Source: an uncultured Candidatus Saccharibacteria bacterium (lineage in GTDB: Bacteria; Patescibacteriota; Minisyncoccia; Phycocordibacterales; PALSA-1337). Taken from it: 64,000 bases of DNA. The stretch is from NCBI GenBank assembly GCA_964529025.1, contig CAZGUZ010000001.1, positions 70,163 to 134,162 on the forward strand, written 5' to 3'. Position 1 is the first letter of the stretch, and each line of letters starts with the position of its first letter. This document shows, one piece after another, positions 38,099 to 48,136 of this stretch. The notes beneath the pieces are model-generated. The model saw only the letters and a program-made list of their open reading frames with translations. It searched no databases and was not told the origin of the DNA. A program made the position numbers and the translations under genes.

Positions 38099-39708
38099 AA
38101 TTCAATGCGACGCGCTACGACAAACATATTATCCCGCAGATTAATAGGTAAACTGATTCGAGCAAAAAACTTACTCTTTGCAAAAGACTTTGATAGTGTC
38201 AGAAAAATATTAAACTTGAGCCATTTGTACAACATCAGGAATATATATTCGAGCGTAAATTTCTTTCCAATTGTTGTGGAAATCTCAATTTCAAAACCAG
38301 CATCAGCAAGCATTGAGTGAACTGCCCCTCTTGATAAACAATAGATATGTTCTGGTGGAATAATTAAATGCCAAGATGCTCCCAAAATTCGAGCATACAA
38401 ACTCGAAGCGTCTGGAGTGTTAACAATAATGAGTCCATCTTTTTCAATAAATTTCCTTGCTAACACCAATAATTCGCGTGGATTTGCTACATGCTCGAGC
38501 ACATCAAGCATTGTAATAACGCCAAATTTTTTACTTGATTTTTGCGCATATTCTTCGAGTGTGATCGCTTCAACATTAAGACCTTTTCTCTGAGCACTCT
38601 GTGCTGCTGCTTGAGAAATTTCTATTCCTTGTACAGCAAAACCGTGTTCACGAGCAATGTCCAGAAAATAACCCGTAGCAGCGCCAATATCAAATAATGA
38701 TAGTGGGAATTGAGTCTTTGTATGTAAAGACTTAATTATATCGATATATTTATTGAATGTTGAGCGCATAGGCTCTTTATCAGCATCGTAATTTACATAG
38801 CCAAAACCATGCTGTGCTCCATTAAAATACTCTTCACTGTAAATTTCTTGTGTACTCACTGGAGTTGGATGGACCTTGAGAGTGTCACATCGTGTACACT
38901 TTACAATTTCATGCTCGTTTTTGTGGGCGAAAACAGTGACGGGGACTTCCGTATTACAACCTGGGCAATATGTAGCCAAAACGGTACGCCCTTTCTTTAA
39001 ACGGTTTCGAATTGCAATTCTCATTGGTGCATAAATACCCTCACGAATGATATGATTCGAGATTTTTGACTCACCGCCCATACGTTCTTTGAAAATAATC
39101 GGTATCTCAACCATGCGTGAACCTAGATAATACAGAGCGCACTTGAGTTCAAGTATAAAAGCATATCCCGAACTACCAATACGGTCTAAATCGATTCTTT
39201 TAAGAGTGTTTGTCCGAATAAGATTGTACCCTGCTGTTACATCATAAATTGGAACTCCGGTAAGAACTCTTGTATAAAGATTTCCATTCTTACTTAAATA
39301 CTTTCTCCACCTTTCCCAACCTTCAACACTTCCACCCTGAATGTATCGAGAACCGGTTACGACATCTGCATTAACCTCTTCCATACGGCGAATTAATGTA
39401 GGTATGTATTTAGGATCATGAGAACAATCAGCATCCATCATTAAGACGGCATCGTATTTATTTTGGGAAAGTACATATTTCATTGCATGAGAATATGCTT
39501 TGCCCAAACCCTCTTTTCCCTTTCTCTTGAGTAAAAATAACTGCGAAAATTGTGCTTGGAGCTTTTCTACAATTTGCGCAGTCCCATCAGGGGAATTATC
39601 ATCGACAACAAGAACATCAATTTGTGGAGCATGATGAAAGATATTCTCTAACACCGCGGCAATTGAAGCACTTTCATTGTATGTCGGTAATATAGCGGTA
39701 ATTTTCAT
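38095..39708 (-). CDS. Bifunctional GT2 glycosyltransferase - Zn-ribbon - class I SAM methyltransferase fusion
   Basis: 537 aa. The N-terminal GT-A domain is (ILPTYNESASI...VVDDNSPDGT...DADCSHDP). The central Cys4 ribbon is (CPGC...CTRCD). The C-terminal methyltransferase has motif I (LFDIGAATGYFLDIAREHGFAVQGIEIS). Confidence 0.75.
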   Translation of the reverse strand: MKITAILPTYNESASIAAVLENIFHHAPQIDVLVVDDNSPDGTAQIVEKLQAQFSQLFLLKRKGKEGLGKAYSHAMKYVLSQNKYDAVLMMDADCSHDPKYIPTLIRRMEEVNADVVTGSRYIQGGSVEGWERWRKYLSKNGNLYTRVLTGVPIYDVTAGYNLIRTNTLKRIDLDRIGSSGYAFILELKCALYYLGSRMVEIPIIFKERMGGESKISNHIIREGIYAPMRIAIRNRLKKGRTVLATYCPGCNTEVPVTVFAHKNEHEIVKCTRCDTLKVHPTPVSTQEIYSEEYFNGAQHGFGYVNYDADKEPMRSTFNKYIDIIKSLHTKTQFPLSLFDIGAATGYFLDIAREHGFAVQGIEISQAAAQSAQRKGLNVEAITLEEYAQKSSKKFGVITMLDVLEHVANPRELLVLARKFIEKDGLIIVNTPDASSLYARILGASWHLIIPPEHIYCLSRGAVHSMLADAGFEIEISTTIGKKFTLEYIFLMLYKWLKFNIFLTLSKSFAKSKFFARISLPINLRDNMFVVARRIEL

Positions 39709-40838
39709 GACTTTAAATTGAGTAACTGCATAATACCATAAGCACGCTCACCCCAACTATATTTTTTTGCCAATTCTTGTGCTCTATTTGATTTTTGTCG
39801 ATCTGAACTTAGGGCGGCTATGAGTGCCTTTTCGCAACTCTCAACATTATCAGGTTCCATAAAATAAACAGCATTCTCGTCAACAACTTCTTGTATTGCG
39901 GGCACTCGCGAAGCGACAATTGGTATACCGCTCGCCATGTATTCGAAAAGCTTCAGTGGTGATGTATATTCTCGAGCAATAATATCACGAGCTGAATTGG
40001 GTATAACCGCAACTTGAGCAGACTGAATGAACTCTGGAATCTGGGAGTAATTTACATGCCCAAGAAATTTAACTGACGGATGATTATATTCTTTTTTAAA
40101 CTGCTCGATGAGCGACTTAGTTCCACCAACCATATAAAGCATGCTCTTCCTCATAACAGAATTTTGCGAGTTTATAAAAGCACTGAGGAGTGTTCGCACC
40201 CCCTTCCAATCGTATAAATGGCCTGTATATATAATTATTGAACCTGTATCTGTGATTCCCACCCTTTTCCTTGCCTCTCTATAATCAATTCCCAAAGCAA
40301 ACATTTCGTAATCTACCCCATCATGAAATACTGCCGTGCAAGAATGTGGAACTTCTTTGAGAAATAGTTGTCGCAAACCATCCGATATAGTAATTACTTG
40401 CACATTCTTTGATAGGAATCTCCACCAAAACTTACCTCTCTGAGTATGCACCTCGAGAACAACTTTTCTCTTTAAAAGCATCCACAGCATCGCAATAATC
40501 TCGTCACGTGTATATACAACTTCTGAGAGGAAAACACTAGGTAAAAACATCGTTCGCAAAGTAAAAAGTACTATTTGCAAATAGTATCCGATTTTTCCAA
40601 AATATATAATGAAGGGTGTATAGAGTGAGATAATTGACACTTTCTCATCAATTCTATGTATGTCTCTTATCTTTTGTTCAATATCTTTTTCATGAAAAGA
40701 GTATCTCATTGTGACAAGACTCACATCAATACCCTGTTGAGCAAAAGCTGAACACATAGCTGAAATCTGAACGCCGTGAGCTTTTTCAGTAGGAAATCTA
40801 TTATGCGCAATATAAGCAATTTTTATTTTCTTTTCCAT
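39705..40838 (-). CDS. GT4-family (GT-B) glycosyltransferase
   Basis: 377 aa with a C-terminal Glycos_transf_1-like region ...LFEYMASGIPIVASRVPAIQEVV.... Confidence 0.7.
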   Translation of the reverse strand: MEKKIKIAYIAHNRFPTEKAHGVQISAMCSAFAQQGIDVSLVTMRYSFHEKDIEQKIRDIHRIDEKVSIISLYTPFIIYFGKIGYYLQIVLFTLRTMFLPSVFLSEVVYTRDEIIAMLWMLLKRKVVLEVHTQRGKFWWRFLSKNVQVITISDGLRQLFLKEVPHSCTAVFHDGVDYEMFALGIDYREARKRVGITDTGSIIIYTGHLYDWKGVRTLLSAFINSQNSVMRKSMLYMVGGTKSLIEQFKKEYNHPSVKFLGHVNYSQIPEFIQSAQVAVIPNSARDIIAREYTSPLKLFEYMASGIPIVASRVPAIQEVVDENAVYFMEPDNVESCEKALIAALSSDRQKSNRAQELAKKYSWGERAYGIMQLLNLKS

Positions 40839-42385
40839 ATTTCGTAGCGACTCACATTTGAGTCAAAATAATACTGCTCATCATCTTCTGGAAAGACTTC
40901 TTTTGAGTATCCTTGCGGTAAAACAAAATAATCAGCACCCGCATTCTTTGCATTTAAAATTGCACCTTCACCAACCACAAGCGATTGTGTGATCTTCATA
41001 TATTGATAATACTCATGTGACCCTAGGAAGGTTGCAACTTCGGGAGTCTGGTATAAAAACACCCTTGAGTCTTTCTGTATGTCTTGAACCCACTTCTCTA
41101 GATCAAAAGAACGTGTTGAATCCTTATACACAAATATCCACGAACTCGTAAACATGTAGTAGAGCTGAATTGTGAAAAGTAAAACTATAATAATATATTT
41201 TCCGTACTTTAAACTAAATACCAAAATGCTATTTGAATAGTTAGAAAATAAATCCTGAATATTAGAACTTAATCTTGTAATTGAAATCGCAAAAAATATT
41301 AATGAGATAAATTGTGCAATAAAGAAATAACGGTAATACCCTGCAGTTCTTAGAAAAGCAACGAGCACTCCCAAACTTAAAAACCACGCAACACACTCTA
41401 TAATTGATACCTTTTTCTTATTCCACACAAGCAAAGCCAAGCCTATGCTCCATGCTAAGAATAATAACAACGTGTGTAATGGTTGAACCTCGGTAAAAAA
41501 TAATCTGGCATTATGCCAAAATGCCAAAATTAATTCATTATGGTGTGGATTTGAGTATACCGACCAAACAGCAGCTAGTGACTGCTTATTAAACTGATGA
41601 TTAAACCATGTGCAGAGTGGCACCATAATTCCACTAATCACAAGCAAAAAATTAAAAAGATATTCTTTAAAGAAAAGTTTCTTAACTCTTATATATTCAT
41701 AGACTAGATAGTAAACAAAACCGGTTACCGTAGCGATTAGTGCCAAAATATAAATAGGTTTTGTTGCCACAGCCAAACCAAGTGCAGTACCTGCAGCAAA
41801 CACAACTAAATATCTAACACGAGAGCTTTGTATTTTTGAGTAGACCAACCCAAATATTGCAGATAGAACAAGCCAAAACATACCCGGAATTTCACCGAGG
41901 ACGTTTTTTCCTTGTCCATAGAGAGGAGCAAAGCTCACAACGAGCATAAGGGTTGAACTAGTCACAAAACGAGTCGATACATCGTAATAACGAGCAAGTA
42001 ATTGCCCAACAATGACTATAGAAGCCATGAGCAGCATAAGGTATATAACCATTACCGACCGTGCAACAAAGAGAGACTGGCCAAACACATCAAAAGCAAT
42101 AGCGATCGGAAAAGTTACTGGATAGCTTGTGGTAACATACCAACCTGTTTCAAATACACCTGGAGCACTCTGGAGTACAACTTTTCCATTAAGCCAAATA
42201 TTTCGTGCAACTTGAATAATAATCCCTTCATCCATCCAAGTCGGAGGTGTTTCGGTTAGCCTATAGGTACTTAAGAAAACACCGAAGATACAGCACGTAA
42301 CAATTAGAAAATACCATGCCGCAGTGGTGTATTTAGACTTAAACAGTTCGAGGTATTTGTTCAAGGAATTCACGAGTAAATACAT
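40823..42385 (-). CDS. GT-C-fold membrane glycosyltransferase (ArnT/PMT-like, GT39/GT83)
   Basis: Polytopic, with the first-loop motif ...RLTETPPTWMDEGIIIQVARNIW... (DE motif of GT-C enzymes) and about 12 TM helices. The track ORF starts at 42502 and overlaps the next gene by 164 nt. The start was trimmed to the internal ATG (MYLLVNS...), but it remains uncertain. Confidence 0.5.
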   Translation of the reverse strand: MYLLVNSLNKYLELFKSKYTTAAWYFLIVTCCIFGVFLSTYRLTETPPTWMDEGIIIQVARNIWLNGKVVLQSAPGVFETGWYVTTSYPVTFPIAIAFDVFGQSLFVARSVMVIYLMLLMASIVIVGQLLARYYDVSTRFVTSSTLMLVVSFAPLYGQGKNVLGEIPGMFWLVLSAIFGLVYSKIQSSRVRYLVVFAAGTALGLAVATKPIYILALIATVTGFVYYLVYEYIRVKKLFFKEYLFNFLLVISGIMVPLCTWFNHQFNKQSLAAVWSVYSNPHHNELILAFWHNARLFFTEVQPLHTLLLFLAWSIGLALLVWNKKKVSIIECVAWFLSLGVLVAFLRTAGYYRYFFIAQFISLIFFAISITRLSSNIQDLFSNYSNSILVFSLKYGKYIIIVLLFTIQLYYMFTSSWIFVYKDSTRSFDLEKWVQDIQKDSRVFLYQTPEVATFLGSHEYYQYMKITQSLVVGEGAILNAKNAGADYFVLPQGYSKEVFPEDDEQYYFDSNVSRYEIWKRK

Positions 42386-43421
42386 AGGTACAGAATACTC
42401 GAATATTAAGGTATTGGTCAAATGCAGCTCGTGCTTTAATTTGCGCATCACTAACGCCAGATGAACCTTTAATACGATGCCATTCTGCAATTTCTGTATC
42501 AAGCCTGTCGATATTTTCTAAAGGAACCTTGACTACGAAGTCATCGTACCGAATCATATTCTCAAGCGGAAACACAATTTGTGTATCAAGGACTACAGGA
42601 ATCTTACCGAGCGACAGCGCCTCAAAAAATCTTACCGAAAAGTTTCCGTCCCCTTTTGGAGCAAATGCATACGCGCAGGAATCCATATTTGCAATATACT
42701 CAGCCCGAAGCTCTTGTGGTTTACCCTTCAGCGTTTTAATGCTCCCCGTATACGTAGGTCGCATAATAATCTTTGCAATAACCTCATTCGACTTTTTGAG
42801 TACATCGATACCAATTCTTCTGAGCACAATACCTGGCCTACGAGCTGCTAAATGCTTAATAAATTGACCGAGTGCTGACCAGAGTACATCTTTAATGAGA
42901 CTTGATACTTTAGTCTTAATACCCGATGCTTGTGCCCACCCACAAAATGATACTGTGGCCTTTGTGGCTTCATGTGTATCATGTTGCTCTGTATTGCTGG
43001 TATACAAAGCAGAGATTTTTCTAAGGTCATGTGCATATGCTGGCATCACAACTTCATATGGTAAGAGTCGATCACGATACTGCGAAGATCGAATAACAAT
43101 TACCGACACTCCCGCCGGAAAAAATACATGTTCGTTAGTGTCACCAATAACAAAAACAATTACTCGTTTTGAATGCTCACGGGCCACTTGAGCAATGTGC
43201 GCAATATAATCATGCTCGTGTAAAATTGCTGCCCATGTATGAGGAACACAAATGTAATCGCTCCATGCAGGATTTGTAACTACTTCGGCAGGCAAAACAT
43301 AATCCTGCCAAATATCAGGCTCACCGAAAATATTTTTTTGTGTTTCGGTATGACCCAAAACTGATCTGAGTGGATCAATTATAGTCTTCCCTTCGCACTG
43401 TGGAATATAGAGCTTAATCAT
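42339..43421 (-). CDS. Exostosin-like (GT47-like) glycosyltransferase-domain protein
   Basis: 360 aa. The C-terminal block ...CAYAFAPKGDGNFSVRFFEALSLGKIPVVL... resembles the exostosin/GT47 motif. Assignment is tentative. Confidence 0.4.
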   Translation of the reverse strand: MIKLYIPQCEGKTIIDPLRSVLGHTETQKNIFGEPDIWQDYVLPAEVVTNPAWSDYICVPHTWAAILHEHDYIAHIAQVAREHSKRVIVFVIGDTNEHVFFPAGVSVIVIRSSQYRDRLLPYEVVMPAYAHDLRKISALYTSNTEQHDTHEATKATVSFCGWAQASGIKTKVSSLIKDVLWSALGQFIKHLAARRPGIVLRRIGIDVLKKSNEVIAKIIMRPTYTGSIKTLKGKPQELRAEYIANMDSCAYAFAPKGDGNFSVRFFEALSLGKIPVVLDTQIVFPLENMIRYDDFVVKVPLENIDRLDTEIAEWHRIKGSSGVSDAQIKARAAFDQYLNIRVFCTYVFTREFLEQIPRTV

Positions 43422-43424
43422 AAA

Positions 43425-44420
43425 CTACTTTAATGGCTGTAATGGTTGCACTACGGTTACCATCGCAAAGTCTTTAGAATTTGGTAGTAGCAAAGAAACT
43501 AAACTAGCTATTGCATACAAACACGTATATAGAGTATACACGGCACCGACATACATACATACTTTAACCTTCTTTATACCATGGGCAGATCTAATATTCC
43601 TAAAAATATGAAGCGCGCCAAGTTCATACATTAATGATGGTCGCTTATTATACCAACGTGTAACCACACCGAATCCTAGCTCCTTGAAAAGAATATCGAG
43701 GTTTGAATCTGAAAATTGAAATAAATGGTGTGGAGGTGTAAACGATGATACGGGAATATTAAACAATTTATAGAGTAGCTGCGTAGAGCGCGCCCAATAA
43801 CAATTTAAGTTTGGTGTTGAAATAATGACATATCCCTGCGGATGCACTATTGTTCGCACCTGCAACAAAAGATCACGTGGCGAAGGTACATGCTCAATAA
43901 CATCCCCCATGTGTACCATGTCACACGATCCTTCTTTAATTTGTGCATCTACTAAAGTGCCTACAAATACATTCAGATTATGACTATTCGCAACCGCTGC
44001 AGTGCTTGCATTGAGCTCGACACCGCAAGTTTTGTAGCCACGTTTTCGCGCCGCAAAAAGAAATTCCCCGTTTGAAGCACCGATATCACAAACTAAAGCT
44101 GATGTCGCATTTAAGCCTGACCGAGCAGAGCTTGCCTGAACAGAATCTATAAAATCGAGAACCTTAGAAAAAGCTTTGGTGACCTTAACTTTTGAAATAT
44201 CTTTAATCTTATTTGCTTGATAGCCGACATTCGACGAATAAACATTCTGTGCCAAATCTTGCTGGGTGGGTTGAGGGTGTACAAAAACCAGCGAACAACC
44301 TGTGCACTTATATAAAGTAAAGCCATCCTTAAGAGCATGTGCACACGAGCTACAACCACACACATGACAAGTCACCTGAGCTTTTATGTACTGACTATCT
44401 TTTGATTGAGGCTGCTGCAT
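43425..44420 (-). CDS. Class I SAM-dependent methyltransferase with N-terminal Cys4 zinc ribbon
   Basis: 331 aa. N-terminal CHVCGCSSC...CTGC, motif I VCDIGASNGEFL and an HMGDVIEHV motif. Confidence 0.7.
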   Translation of the reverse strand: MQQPQSKDSQYIKAQVTCHVCGCSSCAHALKDGFTLYKCTGCSLVFVHPQPTQQDLAQNVYSSNVGYQANKIKDISKVKVTKAFSKVLDFIDSVQASSARSGLNATSALVCDIGASNGEFLFAARKRGYKTCGVELNASTAAVANSHNLNVFVGTLVDAQIKEGSCDMVHMGDVIEHVPSPRDLLLQVRTIVHPQGYVIISTPNLNCYWARSTQLLYKLFNIPVSSFTPPHHLFQFSDSNLDILFKELGFGVVTRWYNKRPSLMYELGALHIFRNIRSAHGIKKVKVCMYVGAVYTLYTCLYAIASLVSLLLPNSKDFAMVTVVQPLQPLK

Positions 44421-44424
44421 ATTG

Positions 44425-45489
44425 TTACTCTATAGTATAGCCCAAACCGCATCGTTCGCACACATTACGCAGTACATACCGCATACGGGCCGCAGATGAA
44501 TGGTGTTTAATTAAATCTGAGTATGCCCTACGATAGTCCTCTTGTGATACCTTGTTTGCCCTTACAAGCAGCATCTTGAGTTTTTCATCAATATCGAGCC
44601 CTGAAGAAAACTCTGCGTATAACTCTTGTGGCAAACCTATTTCATCAGGAAAATTAATATCAATTTTTTGCGTAAGCAAGAGTGCCCCTGATCCTAGAAT
44701 TTCCCAGAAGCGCGCAGTATCAAATCCTCCTCCACTGATCGAAATTCCAACGCGCGCATTTGCCAACTTTTTATAAAATCTCCATCGTGACAAAAAACTA
44801 TTTGGCGAAAGAAAAGGTAGTTTAGTTGATGTGTTCCACACACGAAGACTCCCTTGTGCCTTAATCATTTCGACATATGAAGCAATAAGTTCTCGTAGCG
44901 GTGGGTACTTTCTTTGTCCAAAGACAGAGATAATATCATACGATCTTTCTTTTAAATTTTTATCTAAAGAGTATTTCGTATAAGCTCTTTCAATTCCATA
45001 CGGCAATGGCAATACACCTTTGACATAAGGTTTTTCTCTCCTAAAGTACGCAACACAGCGTTTGAGCATATCAGTATTAATTGCACCCTGCTCTTGGTAA
45101 GAGCCCTGCTCAACTTTTTGAACAATCTGCGGCTCAAGTCGTTTATTGTGACCGAGCTCAGAACCATCAATGTAAGCAGTAATGTTATAGCGCCCAATTA
45201 TATCTACGAGTTCTTTATGATCATGAACTTTGCCCCAGCAATACAAAATAACATCGGCAGATCGAGCAAATTTAATAAAATTATCATCATTGAGCTCATG
45301 GCATGAAATGCCAAAGTGCCGCGGATTACCACTCGTATACTTAACGTCTTTCACTATTCCATCTATTCGAAGCTGTTCTAAACCATCGACAACCGTGCGG
45401 ACAAGGTAGTCTTCTTTTCCACCCGGCGTAATAACAGCAATAGTAATTTGAGTATTATTCATACCTCTATTATAGCAATTTAAGCCCAA
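44425..45489 (-). CDS. Hypothetical protein, possible GT-B-like glycosyltransferase (CgeB/DUF3880-like)
   Basis: 354 aa. The C-terminal ...RVGISISGGGFDTARFWEILGSGALLLTQ... resembles the nucleotide-sugar-binding end of GT-B enzymes. Support is weak. Confidence 0.3.
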   Translation of the reverse strand: MGLNCYNRGMNNTQITIAVITPGGKEDYLVRTVVDGLEQLRIDGIVKDVKYTSGNPRHFGISCHELNDDNFIKFARSADVILYCWGKVHDHKELVDIIGRYNITAYIDGSELGHNKRLEPQIVQKVEQGSYQEQGAINTDMLKRCVAYFRREKPYVKGVLPLPYGIERAYTKYSLDKNLKERSYDIISVFGQRKYPPLRELIASYVEMIKAQGSLRVWNTSTKLPFLSPNSFLSRWRFYKKLANARVGISISGGGFDTARFWEILGSGALLLTQKIDINFPDEIGLPQELYAEFSSGLDIDEKLKMLLVRANKVSQEDYRRAYSDLIKHHSSAARMRYVLRNVCERCGLGYTIE

Positions 45490-46564
45490 GGCTATTTTGG
45501 TGATTTAAACGATCGATACTATTCTTTACCTGCTCGGGCGAACACAATGGAACTACAGCGCCGCGAGCTGCAGCACCGAGCTCTCGCCTTTTTCGATAAT
45601 CTTGTGCCAGCAATCGAATACTCTGAGCTAAAGCTTGATGATTACCCGATGGAACTCCAGTAATACTTTTTTCGGGAGTAAATATTTCTCGCAGAGCACT
45701 CGTGTCTGCACTAATAATAGCCTTCCCCATTGCTGCATATTCATAAACTTTATTAGGAATTACACGCTGTGTTTTTTCTGTATCTCCAAAAATTCCCAAG
45801 CAAATATCACTTTGAGCAATGTAGGCAGGTAGCTCAGTATAAGGAACTCGTTCAATAAAATGTGCCGATTCTACGCCGAGCTCGTGCGCAAGCTGTACCA
45901 TTGAGTTCTTAGTATTGCCCCTTCCAATAATTGTGCATACGATTTTTATATCCTTAAGCAGTGCCAATGCTCGAATAATAGTATCGATGCCTTGCAACGG
46001 AATATAGCTTCCATGAAAATGAATTCTTATTACGTGCTCATCATTATGATTTGATACTATTTGGCCGTACTTATTAGAATCAAAAATCTCAAGATCGGTT
46101 CCAACATAGAGCGGTGCAATTTTATTCACACTCACGCTAAAAGTGTTCGCAAAAAACAGTGCATGCTCTACTGTATCGGTAATAATTGCATGGGCACAAT
46201 GTACAGAAACGTAATCGTACACATAATCCCTTATAGCACGGAGACTCCAGCGTGAATATAATTTTCTATCAAATACATTAGAATCGTAGAGCGAAGTAAA
46301 AGCGTCAAAAATAACAGGGCAAGAAAAAAGTAGTCGAGCAAGTGGCACCACGGTCTGACCAGGAAAAGCAACCCATACAAAATCAAAGGCGTTTTCTACT
46401 TGCAGTTTACGAACTTTTTTAACTAATTCAACATACTTTGATACACCAGATTTTCGAGGATCCACACAACATTCAACTACCTCACCCAACTGTGACAAAC
46501 CTTTTATAACAAATTGATTTCTTGGGTAATGAGCATCGTATATTCCAATGAGGCAGATTTTCAT
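45470..46564 (-). CDS. GT4-like (GT-B) glycosyltransferase
   Basis: 364 aa. The C-terminal region is ...KVYEYAAMGKAIISADTSALREIF... (E-x7-E-like). Confidence 0.65.
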   Translation of the reverse strand: MKICLIGIYDAHYPRNQFVIKGLSQLGEVVECCVDPRKSGVSKYVELVKKVRKLQVENAFDFVWVAFPGQTVVPLARLLFSCPVIFDAFTSLYDSNVFDRKLYSRWSLRAIRDYVYDYVSVHCAHAIITDTVEHALFFANTFSVSVNKIAPLYVGTDLEIFDSNKYGQIVSNHNDEHVIRIHFHGSYIPLQGIDTIIRALALLKDIKIVCTIIGRGNTKNSMVQLAHELGVESAHFIERVPYTELPAYIAQSDICLGIFGDTEKTQRVIPNKVYEYAAMGKAIISADTSALREIFTPEKSITGVPSGNHQALAQSIRLLAQDYRKRRELGAAARGAVVPLCSPEQVKNSIDRLNHQNSLGLKLL

Positions 46565-46569
46565 ATGCT

Positions 46570-47616
46570 TTATGAAAGTTGGGCTATTATTTTGTGTATC
46601 ATGTGATCCAAATTTGATAGCTTTGAGACTGAATTGTATAAAGAGTCTGTGTATTTTTCAACCGGTTCTCCTCCATTCCATACCCACACTAGTTCCTGTG
46701 CAATCTTCTGTATATCACTTAAAGAAACGATGTGTTCTGTATGACCACTAAAGTACTCTTTAAATGCCGTATTTGCAACTACCACAGGCACTCGTGCAGC
46801 CATACTTTCAAGCACAGCTTTATCCAAACCGCCTGGCGGACAAAGGTTTACAGAAACATGCGACTGATAAAGCTCGGATGTGAGCTCAGAATTCTTTATT
46901 GCTCCTCTCCACTTAACTCGATCTTGAATACCTTTTGCAAGAATCAGCTCTTTCAATTTGTTCAGGTATTCAAAATCACTTTCAAGAACAGGCGCTCCCA
47001 CAATATGTAATTCATAATTTATCTGAGCGGGTAATAAACTTGCAGCTTCAATAAGAATATCGATATTTTTAATTGGAGTAATTCTTCCGACGGTAATTAT
47101 TTTAAATAGCTGTGGTTGCGAAACAACTTTAAGTTGAGGCCGAGAGAATTTATCGAGTGGCACAGACTGCCCCATATAATTAACCTTATGTGACGGCAGA
47201 TTAAAACTTTCTGGTGTAGCGGTAAAAACCTTATCGACAAGCATGTGTGCAAGTCGCAATTTAAAATCAACTGAACGGTGCACATACCACAAGGCCAACT
47301 TTTTATTAAAAATCTTTGCCCAAGGAAAACTAAAGACTGCATACCAAGGACTCATGTGTGCGAAAATAGCATCGTACTCGGTTCGGTATTTTGATAAGAA
47401 ATACACCAAACGAGCCATATACTTAAAGCGACTCTTACCCTTTTCTTTTCCAAGACTTACAACCTTAACATTATGAGGAAGGTCGTAGGCTCCGACTTCG
47501 AGTGAAATGACAATTACTTGTTCGCACTCACGAGAAAACCGAATTAGCCAATCGTGAAAAAAGGCAAAGTAACTATCATTCTTATCGACTTTCTGTGTCA
47601 GGATGAGTAACTTCAT
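46570..47616 (-). CDS. GT4-family (GT-B) glycosyltransferase
   Basis: 348 aa with a Glycos_transf_1 C-terminus ...GGLDKAVLESMAARVPVVVAN.... Confidence 0.75.
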   Translation of the reverse strand: MKLLILTQKVDKNDSYFAFFHDWLIRFSRECEQVIVISLEVGAYDLPHNVKVVSLGKEKGKSRFKYMARLVYFLSKYRTEYDAIFAHMSPWYAVFSFPWAKIFNKKLALWYVHRSVDFKLRLAHMLVDKVFTATPESFNLPSHKVNYMGQSVPLDKFSRPQLKVVSQPQLFKIITVGRITPIKNIDILIEAASLLPAQINYELHIVGAPVLESDFEYLNKLKELILAKGIQDRVKWRGAIKNSELTSELYQSHVSVNLCPPGGLDKAVLESMAARVPVVVANTAFKEYFSGHTEHIVSLSDIQKIAQELVWVWNGGEPVEKYTDSLYNSVSKLSNLDHMIHKIIAQLS

Positions 47617-48136
47617 GCTGAGTATTTGTAAAGATTAAAAACTTATAAACAAAGAAAGAAACGAAAGCCACAGTAAATGCAGCCATAAACTGAGCAGCAA
47701 CCACTGGCCGAATATTAAGTACTGCAAACGTAAGAATATCTCCCCCTTGAGCAAACCACTCAGCGAATGACTTACCCGAAACACCCAGCTCCATGAGAGC
47801 TATCACGATAGCAGTATTAAGCAAAAGATTCATTACCGAAACAATAAAATACTTTGCCACTTGTTTATGAGCTTCTGTACCTTGAGTACGATCCTGGAAT
47901 GTCCAATACTTTTGGAGTGAATAGCTAACGCCAAAAGCGGTTAAAAAAGCAATGTTAACGCTCACTACATAGAAAAGCTTTGTATATGAATCAAGAATAT
48001 GCACGAGGCCCAAATTAACAACAGCTGCTGTTCCTCCGGATACAACATACTTGAATATCATCACTCGGGCTTTATAGAGAGTGGCACAAGCTGAACGCAT
48101 TTTAACTTTCAACGAGACCGTATTCTGAGTATCCAT
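47582..48136 (-). CDS. GtrA-family small membrane protein
   Basis: 184 aa with four TM helices. The N-terminal ...YVVSGGTAAVVNLGLVHIL... is typical of GtrA-like proteins associated with polyprenyl-phosphate sugar pathways. Confidence 0.65.
   Translation of the reverse strand: MDTQNTVSLKVKMRSACATLYKARVMIFKYVVSGGTAAVVNLGLVHILDSYTKLFYVVSVNIAFLTAFGVSYSLQKYWTFQDRTQGTEAHKQVAKYFIVSVMNLLLNTAIVIALMELGVSGKSFAEWFAQGGDILTFAVLNIRPVVAAQFMAAFTVAFVSFFVYKFLIFTNTQHEVTHPDTESR

Noticed and set aside
44425-45489. Firm glycosyltransferase family for this ORF
   Set aside because: Only a short C-terminal GT-B-like block is recognisable. It is retained as a low-confidence putative GT.
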